Shown: positions 13,711 to 27,242 of the stretch, in pieces
Position numbering within the stretch: position 1 is the stretch's first letter
Layout of the letters: every line of letters starts with the position of its first letter
Source of the DNA: Paragordius varius
Taxonomy: Eukaryota; Animalia; Nematomorpha
DNA: 64,000 bases
NCBI GenBank assembly: GCA_964247055.1
Contig: OZ176056.1
Location: 3,472,001 to 3,536,000 of the forward strand
Direction of reading: 5' to 3'
Notes under the pieces: model-generated
What the model was told of the DNA's origin: nothing
Databases searched by the model: none
The model's input: only the letters and a program-made list of their open reading frames with translations
Made by a program: the position numbers and the translations under genes

Positions 13711-16039
13711 TATCAAAAGTTGTCGAAAAAAGTTATAAAAAGTTAATAATTAATTTATTCAAAAATTGTCGTCCAATTTATACTTTTCAAATTTGCATCA
13801 TCATTTATAATAGATTATCTTTATATTTCACAAATCCAATAAAAATGGGCCCTTGGGTGTCAAAACATAACATATAGTTTAATAATTTAGTTTTTTGGAT
13901 GTTTATAATTACGTAATAATTACAAGAATTATTATAAAGAAGAATATTTTTTTTGCATCATATAGTTGCGTTGTTTTATCATAAAAAACATTCTTTTAAT
14001 TTATAAAAAAGTGAGGACAATACAAAGTTCCAGGAATTTTATAAAACTTTATAATCTCAGATAAGATTAGTCACATCAAAAAGATAAAAATTTTAAAGTT
14101 ATGTCGTCAAATAAATCATAATGATGAAATATTACAATCATTTAGACAAAAAATAAGTTAAATACTAATAAAATATTATATTGATATTTAGTTATCCGTA
14201 AAAATTAAAAAAACAACCTTTTTTCTCATACCTTAAAAAAATTGAATCAAAATTATTATTATAATTATAAAATTATTAACACTTCGTGACTTTTTAATTT
14301 TTTAAAGTCAATTGTATTTTAGGAGCAAGTTTTTACTTGTAATATCATTATTGTGAAAAAACTATTTATCAAACATGTTTTTTTACATATGCGGATTCTA
14401 AACATATAATTTACACTTTATTTTGAATTTTTGTGAATAACTTAAAATCCGATTAAATTAAGCCATTAAATCAAAAAATTTTCTGCTTCTTGAGTTAATT
14501 ATTTACATTTAACCATATACTCATTTATTTTCCCATAGTGTTACCGATTTTAAATCAGTCAAAAAAATGGCGGATAAAATTTTGAAATGAAGACTTTTCT
14601 CTAAATCAAGTAAATAAAAAATTGCAATCTGCGCCTAAAAACCTGCATAAAATCTGGCCAGATATCTAAATACTCTTTAAAATTAATTTCGCTTTGGGTG
14701 CAAAACTACCCCAGAAAGAAATAAACTTCATATAAGAATTTCAACAACGGCATATAAATCGGTAAATCATAGATCAGCTGATCGCAATAAGTTGTTATCA
14801 TGCATTGTTTCTTAAGCCTAACTTAAAGTAAAATATCAGTAATCATATTTAAAACATTTAATAAAATCATCCTAAATACAAATCAGGTTTAATTTCAAAA
14901 TCAATAAGAATTCGATTTATAACTTGCGACTCCGGGCAATTATAATAATAAAGGGAGCTACCAAATTTATGTTTTGCTTATCTATATTAAATAATAAAAG
15001 TATACCAAAATATATAATAAAATTATGTTGGAAAAAAAAGCCTTTTGTGTTATGCAATTTTTATCGTGTTGGTAGATTATACGGGTAAAATTCAAGTTGC
15101 ATCTTTATAATCACATTTAACATTTATTGTGCCAAAAATAGTTAATTATCTAGCTCATGCGCCCCTATCTTGTCTAAGATTTTGCCAACAGATTTATTTA
15201 CGAAATAGAATTATCAATTCATTTTTGATTAATAATTTTTATATTTAAGTGCATCAATGTTATATCAATGCAAACTTTTGAAATGGTTTGTATTCATTTT
15301 ATATTTCATAAAATATTTGATTTAAAACAGGGCGTCGACATCGAAAAAGCATGTGGATATCATTAAAGTTTTAAACATGTATTTCGAAGTTATATATGTT
15401 ACCCATACGAAACAGAAATACATTAGCTATATTCCGAAACCAGGGGCCTAAAAAAACCAAATTTACAGTGAAAATGGATTACACAGTTTTTTAATCATAA
15501 ATTAAACCGTTAAATTTTATATTCTTCCCAAAAACAGCGTGCTTCGCTACAGTTATTTTCAAAATAAATGCTTAATAATTTTGTCAGCAAGGCGTCTAAT
15601 TTTATAAATTATGAAATATATCACTACAGAACACAGTAAATATTGAAAATAAAGGCGTTTATATTAATAAATCTATATATTTATAAAAATGGAAAATGCT
15701 GGCTTTGTGATCTGGTACAGGAAAACGGGTAGACCCAATCAAATCCAAACATCGAAAAAATATAATCATTAATGAATGCCCCGACAATAGCTTCGCCCTT
15801 TTTTTGAATTAGGTCCCCAGTAGGGGCCCACCCCGTGTAAAAACGTTTTTTTCGAAAAAAGAAGTCCACAAAAATCGTGTCTTTGAGACTTCCAGAGAAC
15901 GTGTTTGACCAATTTCAAATATGATTTTCTTAATCGATTGCGCGGAACATAGTCGGCTCGCTTTTTTGATTAAGGCCCTCTTTTTACCCGCTCCCTCCGT
16001 AAAATGCCATATTTTTTAAAAAACAAAGTCCACAAAAAT

Positions 16040-16750
16040 AATTTTTTAAATCTGTTTTCGACCAAGGTATGAGACAGTAAAAATTTAATAAGGATTCCAG
16101 ATATTCCCTATTAAAAGGCAAAAATTTTGGTCAAGCGTTTGATAGCTGCTGGGTAAGGAGACACCCGCTAAAAACTGACCCATTATATCAACCGGTACTT
16201 TGGGGTTAAATTTTAGAAAACTATCAGGCCATATGAATTCAATAGCTGCTTAAAATATTACCCGTAATAAGGTACAAATTAAGGTCAGGCCTTTTTTATT
16301 AACCGAGCCTTTATGCCCTAAAAATACGCCATCATATAACGATTATTTAGTGTTTAGGTATTTTTTCCAAAAACCCATGAGACGATGGTCTCAAAGATGA
16401 TTCCAAATATTTTCCCTATAAAGGCAACAAATTTAACTCAGCGCTTTTCCATATAGGCCTATGGGTAGGGGTCTACCGGTTTAAACCAAGACGCCATACC
16501 ATGGCGTGGCTTTGGAGCTAATTTTCAAACAGAACTTAAGAAGTTATACGAGTTCAAAAAAGGCTTTAAATATTACCCAAAAGGTACAAATTATAGTGTA
16601 GCGGTTTTTTCCGTTAGCCGCCAACTTGGGGCCTTTACACCAGTAAACAATATATTAGTATGAATGCACCGTTTTAAAAATCCTATGAGATCATAGCTAT
16701 TAAATGTTTCGAAATAATCCACATATATAGATCATTTTATTGTCCCTTTT
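16040..16750. repeat. Degenerate tandem repeat, unit about 310 bp, relatively GC-rich
   Basis: ATGAGA-containing anchor at about 16069, 16378 and 16685; TATTACCC..AAGGTACAAATT at about 16257 and 16571. Confidence 0.55.
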
Positions 16751-17571
16751 TTCAAATAGTCCCCCCCCTACCCAGAAGTCCGAAACATATAAATCCCTAC
16801 ATATCTTCAACTTTGGATACTTCAAGTTTCGAATTTCTTAGCGTACTTTTCCACATATCATATTATTTAAGTCTTTTAAATCCCAAATAACCACTCCTTT
16901 GTACAGATAAAATTATATTATTGAAACATTTAAAAGACATTTTTTTCATTTACTAGAAAGATAACTGTAAATAATATGAAAAAACGAGACAAGCTATATA
17001 ATTTAATTTTATTAACCATTACCAGTTATTTATATTAATGATTAACATGTAAACATTACAAATATTAATTCTTGCATTGAAAGCATTGGAACCCCAAAAA
17101 TAACATTAATGTTAAATATATCATATATTTTGAGTATGTTGCATTATATTTAAACAAAATTTCATTAATATATTTTATAACAATGATTAGGTATATGGAA
17201 AATGGAATGTTGTATTTGCACTTGAAACCATTAAATATTGCATTGTTTGCCAGTAATAAAAATAATTTAAGCTAAAAATTGGTCTTTGAGTATTTGTGTT
17301 AATTTTTAGTCAATATACAGTAAAAATAAAATTGTAAGGTGGAGCACAAAATTTATAATAATCAAAGATTTTTTTGTAATAAAAACATATCCTTATTTTT
17401 TGAAGTATAATTTATCAGTTAGGTTGCAAATATGGAATTGAGTTGCTAATTAGTAAAACACTCAATGGCATACTTATATAATTCCAAATAAAGAGATTTT
17501 CGTTATATTTAATATATTTTTTCGCTTTTTCAATTTAAATTTTTACTCTATATATATGTAAATTACAAAAA

Positions 17572-20500
17572 TTATTTGCAACCAACATTAATCATAACTT
17601 TGATTGCATTATTTTTTGCATTATCCCGGGCAGTTTCATAGGCCTTTACGGAATCTTCGAAGGGGAACGTGTGCGTTATAAAAAGTTTTGTTAATTTTTC
17701 CAAATTTAACGGTGTCCGTTCCAACAATTCTACCGTTTGAGGAAAACTAATATGGAATAAAGTAGATAAAAAATGAAAAATTTTATAATACATATTTGTG
17801 TAGATTGCTGAATAATTAATCATATAATTGTAAGATCTTAATAAAGAAAGTGATAATCGCTTTTAAAAACTTACTTTACAGATAAAATTATAGTATATTT
17901 TCTTATCATACGTAATTAATTATATGTATGACTATAATAGCAAATTAAATATTAAAATCACATTAATCAAAATAATATCTATAATTGATGAATAATGAAA
18001 TCTATACTTTAAAAATCAATAAAATTAAAAGCACCCAATCGATTACACATGATCTAACACCAATATGAATGTGAAAATACTGTTTTGACTTTTCAAATAT
18101 ATAATTGATTTTTTATAGAGTATTATTCAAAATAACCATAAACTAATGTGTTAAATCAATAATGTATGAATAATAATAAATTTAAAGGCTCTTTTTAATA
18201 AACCAATATTAACCATTAAATTCTTACACTGTTAATTATCACCCATTTAAATAATAATCCAATATAATCTTATAATCGATAATAAATTTATTTTTTATAT
18301 ATTCAACTGCAAATTATTATAATTATCCATCTAAAAACTTTTTTAAAATCCTTTTTTAAAATTCTATCATAACCAAGAAACAAACTACCAAATTGTATAT
18401 GTAAACTGATTTCTAATATAGGTCCAAAATTAAAAGCAAAACACTAATGTAAAATTAACCGAAAATTATAAAGTTAAACAATATAAACTAATAACTATCG
18501 TCAATATTTTAATTAATGTTGAAGTTTAAAAATTGTTAGTAAATAATTAAAACTATAAAAAAAACAAAACCAAAATAATTTAAAAACGGCCATACTTTAA
18601 TCTTAATATTCACTATATAACCTAAACGATTAAAATGGGGAAATTATATTTGAGTGTGTTAACAATTTACATAACTATTCTATATTTCGCAACTTAAAAT
18701 ATATACCATTTACAATTCTAATTCATCCTTGAACAATTCAAATTCACCCTAAAAATAAATTATGTGTCGGGATAATATAACATATTATAAAATGAATATT
18801 TTTAAGACATAGAGCATTATATTAATTTTTAACAGAATTTCATATTTAAAAATATTTTGTTTTTAATCTGAAAAAACACATAATTTATTTTAGGATGAAT
18901 TTGAATTGTTTGTGGGTGAATTCGAATTGTTTAAGGGTAAAATTGAACTGTAAATATATGTAAAAAAAGAAAAGGTTCTTTAAAAAAACATATCTTTTTC
19001 GTTTTCTCTTCATAATATCTATTTTTCCTGTTAAAAACTTTAAAAAACTCACCAATTTGCGTAACGAAAAACGCCCATGATATCAATTTGTTTTGCCAAA
19101 ACTTGACCGAAATTAACTGGGGTGGGGTGCAAACCAAAACCTATACATACCATTTTACTCCCAGGTTGAAGTACCTGTTTAAAAATATATATTCAGATAT
19201 TTTGAGTTAAATTTAAATAAGCAAAAATGAATTTATTAATTAAAACAATTAATATAATTATAATTGATTAAATTTAAATTGATAAATTGAAATTCATTAT
19301 AATTTTATATTTTTGGTAAATATAAAGGTTTTCAGCTTTTTTTTAGTATCGAGATCTAATTCCAAAAACATTTATTAAAACTGCTAATACAAATGAATCA
19401 AAACGCAAATTTTATGCTACATTTACAATAAGAATCCGTAAAAATTTTTTTTTCCAAAAATTTTTTTATTGTTAAAATTTATAGAATATTTTAAAATATA
19501 TGTTATTAAATGTGTAAAAATAAACTTGTAAGGCTAAATCAACCCCAGTTAGGGAACCAGTAGCTTCAAAACATACGTGAGGGCGATTGTCGCAATTTTC
19601 TGGTGACAAAATATGGCTAACTAAATCAGAATTATTTGAAGTATTTGTAATGGTGTTTTCCTCAACTGAAGCCGTAAAAATTTCTTTGAAATGAATCAAA
19701 TTAATATTATTTTTTTGAGGAGTATTTTCTGTTTTTGGCAGTAAAATTATTTGATAAGCGTGATGGACACCCAAAGCTTTTGCAGTTTTAAGCCGACTTT
19801 CAACAATATCTAAAAGCGAAAATTCAAAATTTTTTATTTTTTATAGATTAAAAAAAATGTGAATTAAAACATTTCTTATTTTGTTATAACGACAATAAAT
19901 ACTTGAAAGTATTCCATTCTTTTTAATAATAATAAAATCCATAAAAATTCATTTAAAATATTTTTTCTTATCCAGTTTTTGACATTTTTATCAGTTTGCA
20001 TTTGGTTTTGATAAGATATAGATATTAAATAGGCAAATCTACAAAATTAATATATTTATTATCTTTACTGCTATATACATATGTCAAAATATGTTAATTT
20101 TTTTAACAATTATATAAAAAACCATATTAATAATAAATAAATTTTTATAACATGCTTTTATTATCTATAAAATTGAAGATATTTCGCATTTCATTTTATA
20201 AAAACCAAGTCAAATATTTTAAACACCATTTATTTTTTTAATAATTGCCAACATTGATGATAATGCCTGGCAGGATCGCAAATATTAAAGGCAGCTTCTA
20301 TACGGATACAACACAAAAACGATACATTATAACTTTTCAAAAAATTTTATTTTATAAAAGCTTTAAAAACCATTTTACTAAACTAACCATCTTTTAAAAA
20401 AAAACTTTTTTGAACTTTTTCAAAAAATAATCTACCAGTTATAACGATATTTTTGGCGCCCATACTTAGGGCACAAACGGCGCAAGCTAGACCTATGGGA

Positions 20501-23500
20501 CCAGCCCCCGATATTAAGACATTGGGTGAATTTATGTAAGAAAACTGAGCCCGACTAAATGCATAAACAGCCACAGTTAAGGGTTCAATCAAAGCACCCA
20601 ATTGTAAGGATATACGTTGCGGTAATCTAAAAGCAAATGTTAAGTTGTAAAAGTTTTATAAAGGTGATAAAGAACTATTTCTAAATATTATAAATTATAA
20701 TTTATTATATTAACATTCATAGCCAATATATATTTAACTAATATAATGCGATATTCATTACTTTCAAATATATATATCTGTAAAAAATTAAAAAATTGGA
20801 GAAAAGGTTTCATTTTATTTAGCTTTTTGGGATACTTTTCTGCTTGAGACTGATTTCAAATTTAAAAATAATATAGCTTTTGATGCGATTGATTCAATTT
20901 TTTCTTAATGTAAAATTTTAATAAATCCTCCCCTGAAAACTTTTTTCATTTCATTCTTGAGATTTATAAATATAGAACAGGCATATATATTTATATGATT
21001 AAAAACGAAAATAAAGTTAAATTATTTAAATATAATTCGGCAGAAAATTTTTGATATTTAAGTATATTAACATTAGGTGTTTGGTTATAGGAAATATAAA
21101 ATTATAAGCTTTCAATACAGGAAAATAGGTTTGATAATTAAATTTTAACCAATACAACTCTAAATCACATTATTTAACGAATTTCTCTGGGGTAAAAAAC
21201 TACCCAATATTTAATAGTGTACAAAAAAATTAAGAGTTTCAAATGTAATATGAATAAAGACAATTTAAAATAAAATTAATTTTTTCGGTTAATTTTTTTA
21301 AATAAAAATTTTAGGTGATCATAATATTATTTGGCTGTAAAAGGCAATAATGTAAAGAATTCATTTGGTGGTAAACTGTATAATTTTTTAGTTTTTGTAA
21401 TGCGTCATAACCTAAAGTGCTGGAATAAATCTATTTTTCTTCTAAATTCCAATGTTTTTATCATGTAATATGACACAAAATCGATTGTCAATTCTGTAAT
21501 TTTTAACTTTCACACATTGAAAGTCTGAGCTAGAATCTTTTGAGATTGTGTAATTTATGATACAATATATTTTTAGTTTCGTATAAACCTTTCACACATT
21601 GAAAGTCTGAGCTAGAATCTTTTGAGATTGTGTAATTTATGATACAATATATTTTTAGTTTCGTATAAACCTTTATTAATAAAAAAGTGTTTAAAGTATA
21701 TAACACAATTAGGTAATTAACCTAAATCATTTTCTATTCTCAACAATACTTAAATATTTATAAAATTATTTTACAAACTCTATATATAGATTTAAAACGA
21801 ACATTCACAAAAATTTATTATATACCTTTTTATATCCCTAAAACGGATCACTAAATATATATAATAAATGAAAAAAGATTTTCTCCTAATCACAAATGTA
21901 AATTCAAACATTTCTAACCTAATTATAATTTATACATGACCCTTAAATTTTAAAATCCTTGTTTCAATATAAATCAAAAATTTGACATATATTTTACTTG
22001 TAACAAAAATCAGAAGGGTGAACAAAATATTTTCGTAATGTGCCATCAACAGGGGGTGTCGCATGGAATTTTATGGTTGGACATAAATTGTAGCGTCCCG
22101 AACGACATTGGTGACAAAAACGACAAGGTATACCAGGTTCAATACAAACTTTATCGCCTAAAAGAAGGAAAATGTATGGAAAGAAAAAAATTGAAATATA
22201 GCGAAAAAATTAAGATTTAATCTTTAGTAACAAACAAATTTTATGATTTTTCACGGGTACATGATTATAAAAGTGAAATAACCTGAAGGTATATAAAAAA
22301 TTCAATGAAAATATAGTTTTCTTATGTCTTTAAAAATGAGAAATTTTATTATTCTGTATTTATTCAATTTTACTGTTAATATTCGTTCAAATGTTTGGTT
22401 TTTTTATATTTCCAATTTAAGGAATTTTTAGTGCTCCTAACAGTTCATGAACTTTTCACTTTTTGTCCGCGATGACACTTTGGGATAGTGTTATATCCCA
22501 GTGCTCAATTTTGTAAATAAACAACTGTTTTGAAAGTTAGTTTAAGTAAAATTTATTTATCAAACATTGTTCTTCTGTTTTAATAAAAAAGCTTATATTT
22601 TTTATAGTTTTGTGACTTCTAACGCCTAAAATGGGGACAGTCACACCTAATAAAATCAATATATAGAGTTTTTGCTGGTAAACATGAAAGCTTTATAAAG
22701 TTAATTATTTACACCTGTTGCATGTGCGATTCAAAAAAAATTAAAGAAAAAAAAGCAAAAGATGGAGATGTGGATTTTTTTGACTTTACTTGGTAAGAAT
22801 TAATATATGCGCCTAAAAGGCCTTATGAATACACATCTTCAAATTCGGCTTTATACCTTAAATACTATTTAAAGTATTCTTTTAAATCGCTCTGGCATAT
22901 AAAATCCAAAATCTCATAGAGTATTAAAGTGGAAGAGTCCTTGTGCAATTTGCACTTTATTAAACTTTTACTTACGCAAAAACTAGTTTATTGATCGATA
23001 TTAGAGTAAAAGTAGAAAGACAAAGTTAGCTAGTAGCCAAAAAATACTAAAGCTCCTTATATATTTAACACTATTTAAGGTTTTAAAACAGTTTTAACCA
23101 AAATACATATAGCAAAACTCTCATAAATTTTTACTAATATTGATTTAATTTCGATAACTATATTAACACAAAACTAACAATGTATTAAATTAAAAAGACG
23201 AAAAAAATTTTAAATAAAATAAAGTTAACAAAAAACGTTAAATAAATTTACCAATTTGAAGTGGATTTTTAAGATTAGAGCCGAGTTTAACAACCACGCC
23301 GCTGGTTTCATGTCCCATGATCATAGGTTCATGCAGGATAAAATCACCGCATCTACCCTCAAGCCAATAATGAACATCTGAACCGCAAATTCCGACATAT
23401 GCAGTTTCTATCAACACTTCATTTTCCCCAGGTTTTGGAACTGACACATCTTGCTATAGTAAGCATTAAATTTAAGGAAATGTAATGAATTGTTTTAGAT

Positions 23501-23636
23501 AATTAGGAATTTTAAATGTATTTTTAATTTTTTATTAAAAAGAGTTAAAAAACCACTAAAAATTAAAAAAGATAAAATATTTTTCACTTACGAATTGAAG
23601 ATCCAGAATTTTATTTAAAACAAGGGCCTTCTGCAT
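17572..23636 (-). CDS. SORD: Sorbitol dehydrogenase (Zn-dependent MDR family), 7 coding exons, about 392 aa
   Basis: Exons (minus) 23636-23592, 23453-23252, 22157-21998, 20626-20436, 19809-19526, 19174-19053, 17746-17572; phases consistent (1179 nt). Motifs: GICGSDVHYW and GHETSG (catalytic Zn), EPGIPCRFCHQCRSGRYNLC (structural Zn), ATPPVDGTL, GAGPIG (Rossmann), GVFRYANC, ITHTFPFE, IKVMI. The start ATG is the least certain part. Confidence 0.95.
18704..18955. mobile_element. Foldback-like MITE, 21-bp subrepeat family B (in SORD intron)
   Basis: Left end TA-TACCATTTACAATTC.. followed by AACAATTCAAATTCACCCT-type units; inverted units at 18890-18953; right terminus degenerate. Confidence 0.75.
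21507..21674. repeat. Perfect 82-bp tandem duplication in SORD intron
   Basis: CTTTCACACATTGAAAGTCTGAGCTAGAATC...GTATAAAC is repeated identically at 21507 and 21589. Confidence 0.95.
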
Positions 23637-25498
23637 TGCAGAATTTAAATTGCCGCTGATGGCACTGTTTTTATGCGCGTAGGAAAAAATAAAATAAATA
23701 TTTTAATTAAAATTGACAATTTTCTACTTATATAGATTGTAATAAATGTTTACGTCAGAAATACATTTGAAATTTGGCATAATTTTATAATATTGGTATT
23801 AATCATATTTTTGCGTTAATGACGCATTAAAAAATCGTATTACGGCCAAATTTATAATGTCCATTGTATATGCATATATATAATTTCCCTCTTTTTTTCA
23901 TGGAATAAAAATATAATTTATAACAATTAATTATATTTTAAAACTTACCGTTTATCATAATCAGAAATTTACTTATTACCGTCATATAAAACATTATATT
24001 TAAGCCATTATAGATAGAGTCTCACTGTAAAACTTTGCTATAAGTCATCATCAAACATTGAACATAAATGAAAGTGAGGCCAGTGTTTAAAGCATGTTTC
24101 TTTTTTTAAAAAACTAATTTAAAACACAACTTATATGTAACATTTGAAGACAAATAAATATTTTAACGTAATTCTGAAGCAAAATGTTTAGCATCATTGA
24201 AATAGAAAAGTTTTCATAAATAAACATTTTTATACTGTTTTCATAATTTCCCAAACTATCATGAAAGACGTTAATAATATTTATAAAAATTTACTTTTTT
24301 GGAAAGTTGTTAATTAATATCAAAATTTATTATATATTTAAAATTATTGCGCAATACCGGCATATTCTCGTTTATTTTAAGAAAAACCTATTTTAGATTG
24401 CAAAAATATTTGAGATTTTCCCACATCAAAAAATCAAATTTTTTTAAAAATATTGTTTTGCTTTCTATATTAAGTTGATATATTTTAGTGATAGTGGAAT
24501 GGATTTAGCTTTCGTCAAAAATTACTACAAAAATGAAAATTTTGCCATTTTTTGATGCGTCAATAGTGTAAAGAAACAACTCTCTTTATCAACTCATAAC
24601 GGCCATAACACCATGATAATCCTGGTATATTCTCCTATCAGAATAATATATATTTCGAGAGTTTACTGTTTTTTTGGATGCTGTGCAATACACTTTATTT
24701 GTCTGTTGTATTGGCGAAAATATTTAAAAAAAAGCGTATATAATTTAATATTTGTTTTATGTCAGGTTAGGTTTATGTATATTTAAAAACAATCGTGGAG
24801 ATTTGAATATATAATATAATTTTCATGAAAAGTGCATCTGGTGTTGGAAAATAATATAGTTAATTTTTTAATTGCATCATTTTTAGAATAGCTCTCATAC
24901 ATATTAAAACAAATTTTTTGCTAAAGCTGAAAGCCTACGAAAATATCGCTTTAAAATAATATCTATTGAAAATATTAATTTTTATGTCTGGGTTCCGGAT
25001 GCCTAATTTTTTTATCAAACGCAATTTTTCCATAATAACTCTAGCCACTCACCGAGAGTTTAAGCTTTCACGAGTCTACAATTTAAGCTGTATCCTAGTA
25101 TAAAAATTGGGGTAATTCTTCAAAAGTTAAAATAAAAATGCCGAAATTTCTATTAATTTTAATTGCTGAATGTGAAATAAAATAAAGTTTATTAAAATGC
25201 ATACCCTACTTATAAATTAAAAATTTGGTAAATTTGTTAAAGCATGTTTTTAAAGCATTGGAAAATAGTAAAAAAATATTCCATATTACTTTAATTAATC
25301 AGGCTAAAGATTATTTTGAAGTAAAAAAATCTGACAGCTTATTTAATAAATAAGGTAATATGAGAATCTTAGTCACCATCAATTATATAGGAAAGAAATT
25401 TTATTTGAGCCATACATCAAAATATACACTTACGTTTGAACATGAACAATTTAAGAAAATTATCCTTTTTTAGGGATCTTGATTTATATAAATTAGTA

Positions 25499-26461
25499 CA
25501 GGGGTATCCATGCGGCCCTCCAAAGAATTTTAAAGGCCGCGAAAAATGAAAAATTAAAGAAACCCTACTATATTTTATCATTTATGAAATCGTCAATTAC
25601 ATTATAGAATTTATATTCAAATTTTTTTAATTGTTAACCATAACTTCTTGATTTTTAAAATGTAGGCCAATCACAATATTCTTTCCAAATTTTGCCAAAA
25701 CGGATTATACAGGTATTAAAATAATTTGTAGATATATTAAGGCCTTAATTTTTTTACAGTACCGCGATATAACAAGATATTTGGTGCCCGGTGATTATAT
25801 ACCATTTGCACTTCAAGAGTCTCATTGAACAGTTCAAGTTGGTCCTTGAACACTTCAAGTTGGTCCTTTGACTTTTTTGTTTTGTTTTTAACTTTTATCA
25901 ATCAAATCGTAAATAATTCATCTATTTTATTGTTTTTAACCTATTTTCTATTATTTAACATAAATTTTAAATCGATATCAACTTTTAATCTTTGAAAAAC
26001 CGTATCTCTTTATTAATTTCTTAAAATAAATTTGGATATTTATAAGATTTTAACATGAAACGAAAAAATATATAAATTTTCTGGGTTATTAATTGAAATT
26101 TTTCATTAAAAACATTTAAAAGTCAATAATTTTGTTCAATTGAAAAAAATAGTTTGAAACAAAAAATTCGTTTTTCAATAAAAAATTTTATTTTTAAATG
26201 AATAAAGGTATAATAAATAAAGAATAGGTTAATAAATAATAAAATAAAAAATAAATGCAAAAATTATGGTTAAAACAAAATTTATAAATTTTAAGGACCA
26301 ACTTGAAGTGTTCAAGGACCAATTAACTTGAACTGTTCAAGGACCAACTTAAAATGTTTAAGTACAAACTTGAAATGTTTAAGGACAAACTTGAAGTGCA
26401 AATGGTATATAATAATTTGTTTCAATGCTGCCCACAAAGTCATTTGCATGGGACACCCCTA
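25499..26461. mobile_element. hAT (Charlie/Buster-like) MITE hosting a nested foldback MITE
   Basis: Ends CAGGGGTATCCA / TGGGACACCCCTA, with a GGCCGCGAAAAAT subterminal motif also present in the 49482 copy. No matching 8-bp TSD, suggesting an old copy. Confidence 0.65.
25800..26407. mobile_element. Foldback-like MITE, 21-bp subrepeat family A
   Basis: TA-TACCATTTGCACTTCAAG ... CTTGAAGTGCAAATGGTA-TA; arms contain tandem AACAGTTCAAGTTGGTCCTTG-type 21-mers; 608 bp. Confidence 0.9.
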
Positions 26462-27242
26462 ATCTTGTGTATATATACATAAAAATATATATCGCACAAT
26501 TTGTGTATTTTTGCTTTCAAAAAAGTAGCCATTGAAACGGGTCCCGAATTCAAGCATACAAATGTTCTGATAACTAAAACTCACAAAAACAAAACCAAAA
26601 ACAATCATAAAAATCCGGATACATTTATCTTTAAAAATGAAATTATTTGATACAAATACTGCATTTCAGCGATAATACAAACTTATCTTATATAATTTAT
26701 TTTTTAAGATGTAGGATAAAAAAACATTCTATAAATCAGTAAATAACGCCCTTCGAACGAAACCATTCTGAAAACCCTAATTTCAATTGCATAATAGAAA
26801 AAAAAAGACATAATTTAAGAAAATTCTTTTGGAGACATTATGCTTGAAAACATAATTTATTAAGGGTGAATATGAATTGTAAATGGTATATAAATAACCT
26901 CATTATCTAAAAGATAGAATATTTCACTTTCGAAAGCTAAAATCGCGTGGACACAAAATTGTTGATTAGTGCAACAAATTGTTTACAGTGAAAATGGTTT
27001 AAAGTTATTTTTATTTTCTTGTTTAAGGCATAAATGATAATACTAATTTTATTCTAATGTAACACAGACCAGATACATCACAGAATATCGATTTTTTAGT
27101 ATAAAACGCACACAAAAAATATAAATAATGAAATAGTATATAGATATAAAAATATTGCTTCGTAAAAATCAATATATTATTTATCATATTATGTAAAAAT
27201 CCGTGCATTTCTTATCGCATTGCTAATATATCTTCGGAAATA

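Noticed and set aside
25800-26407. 21-bp repeats as a CRISPR-like array
   Set aside because: The units are head-to-tail without unique spacers, arranged as inverted arms, in a eukaryotic context with no cas genes.
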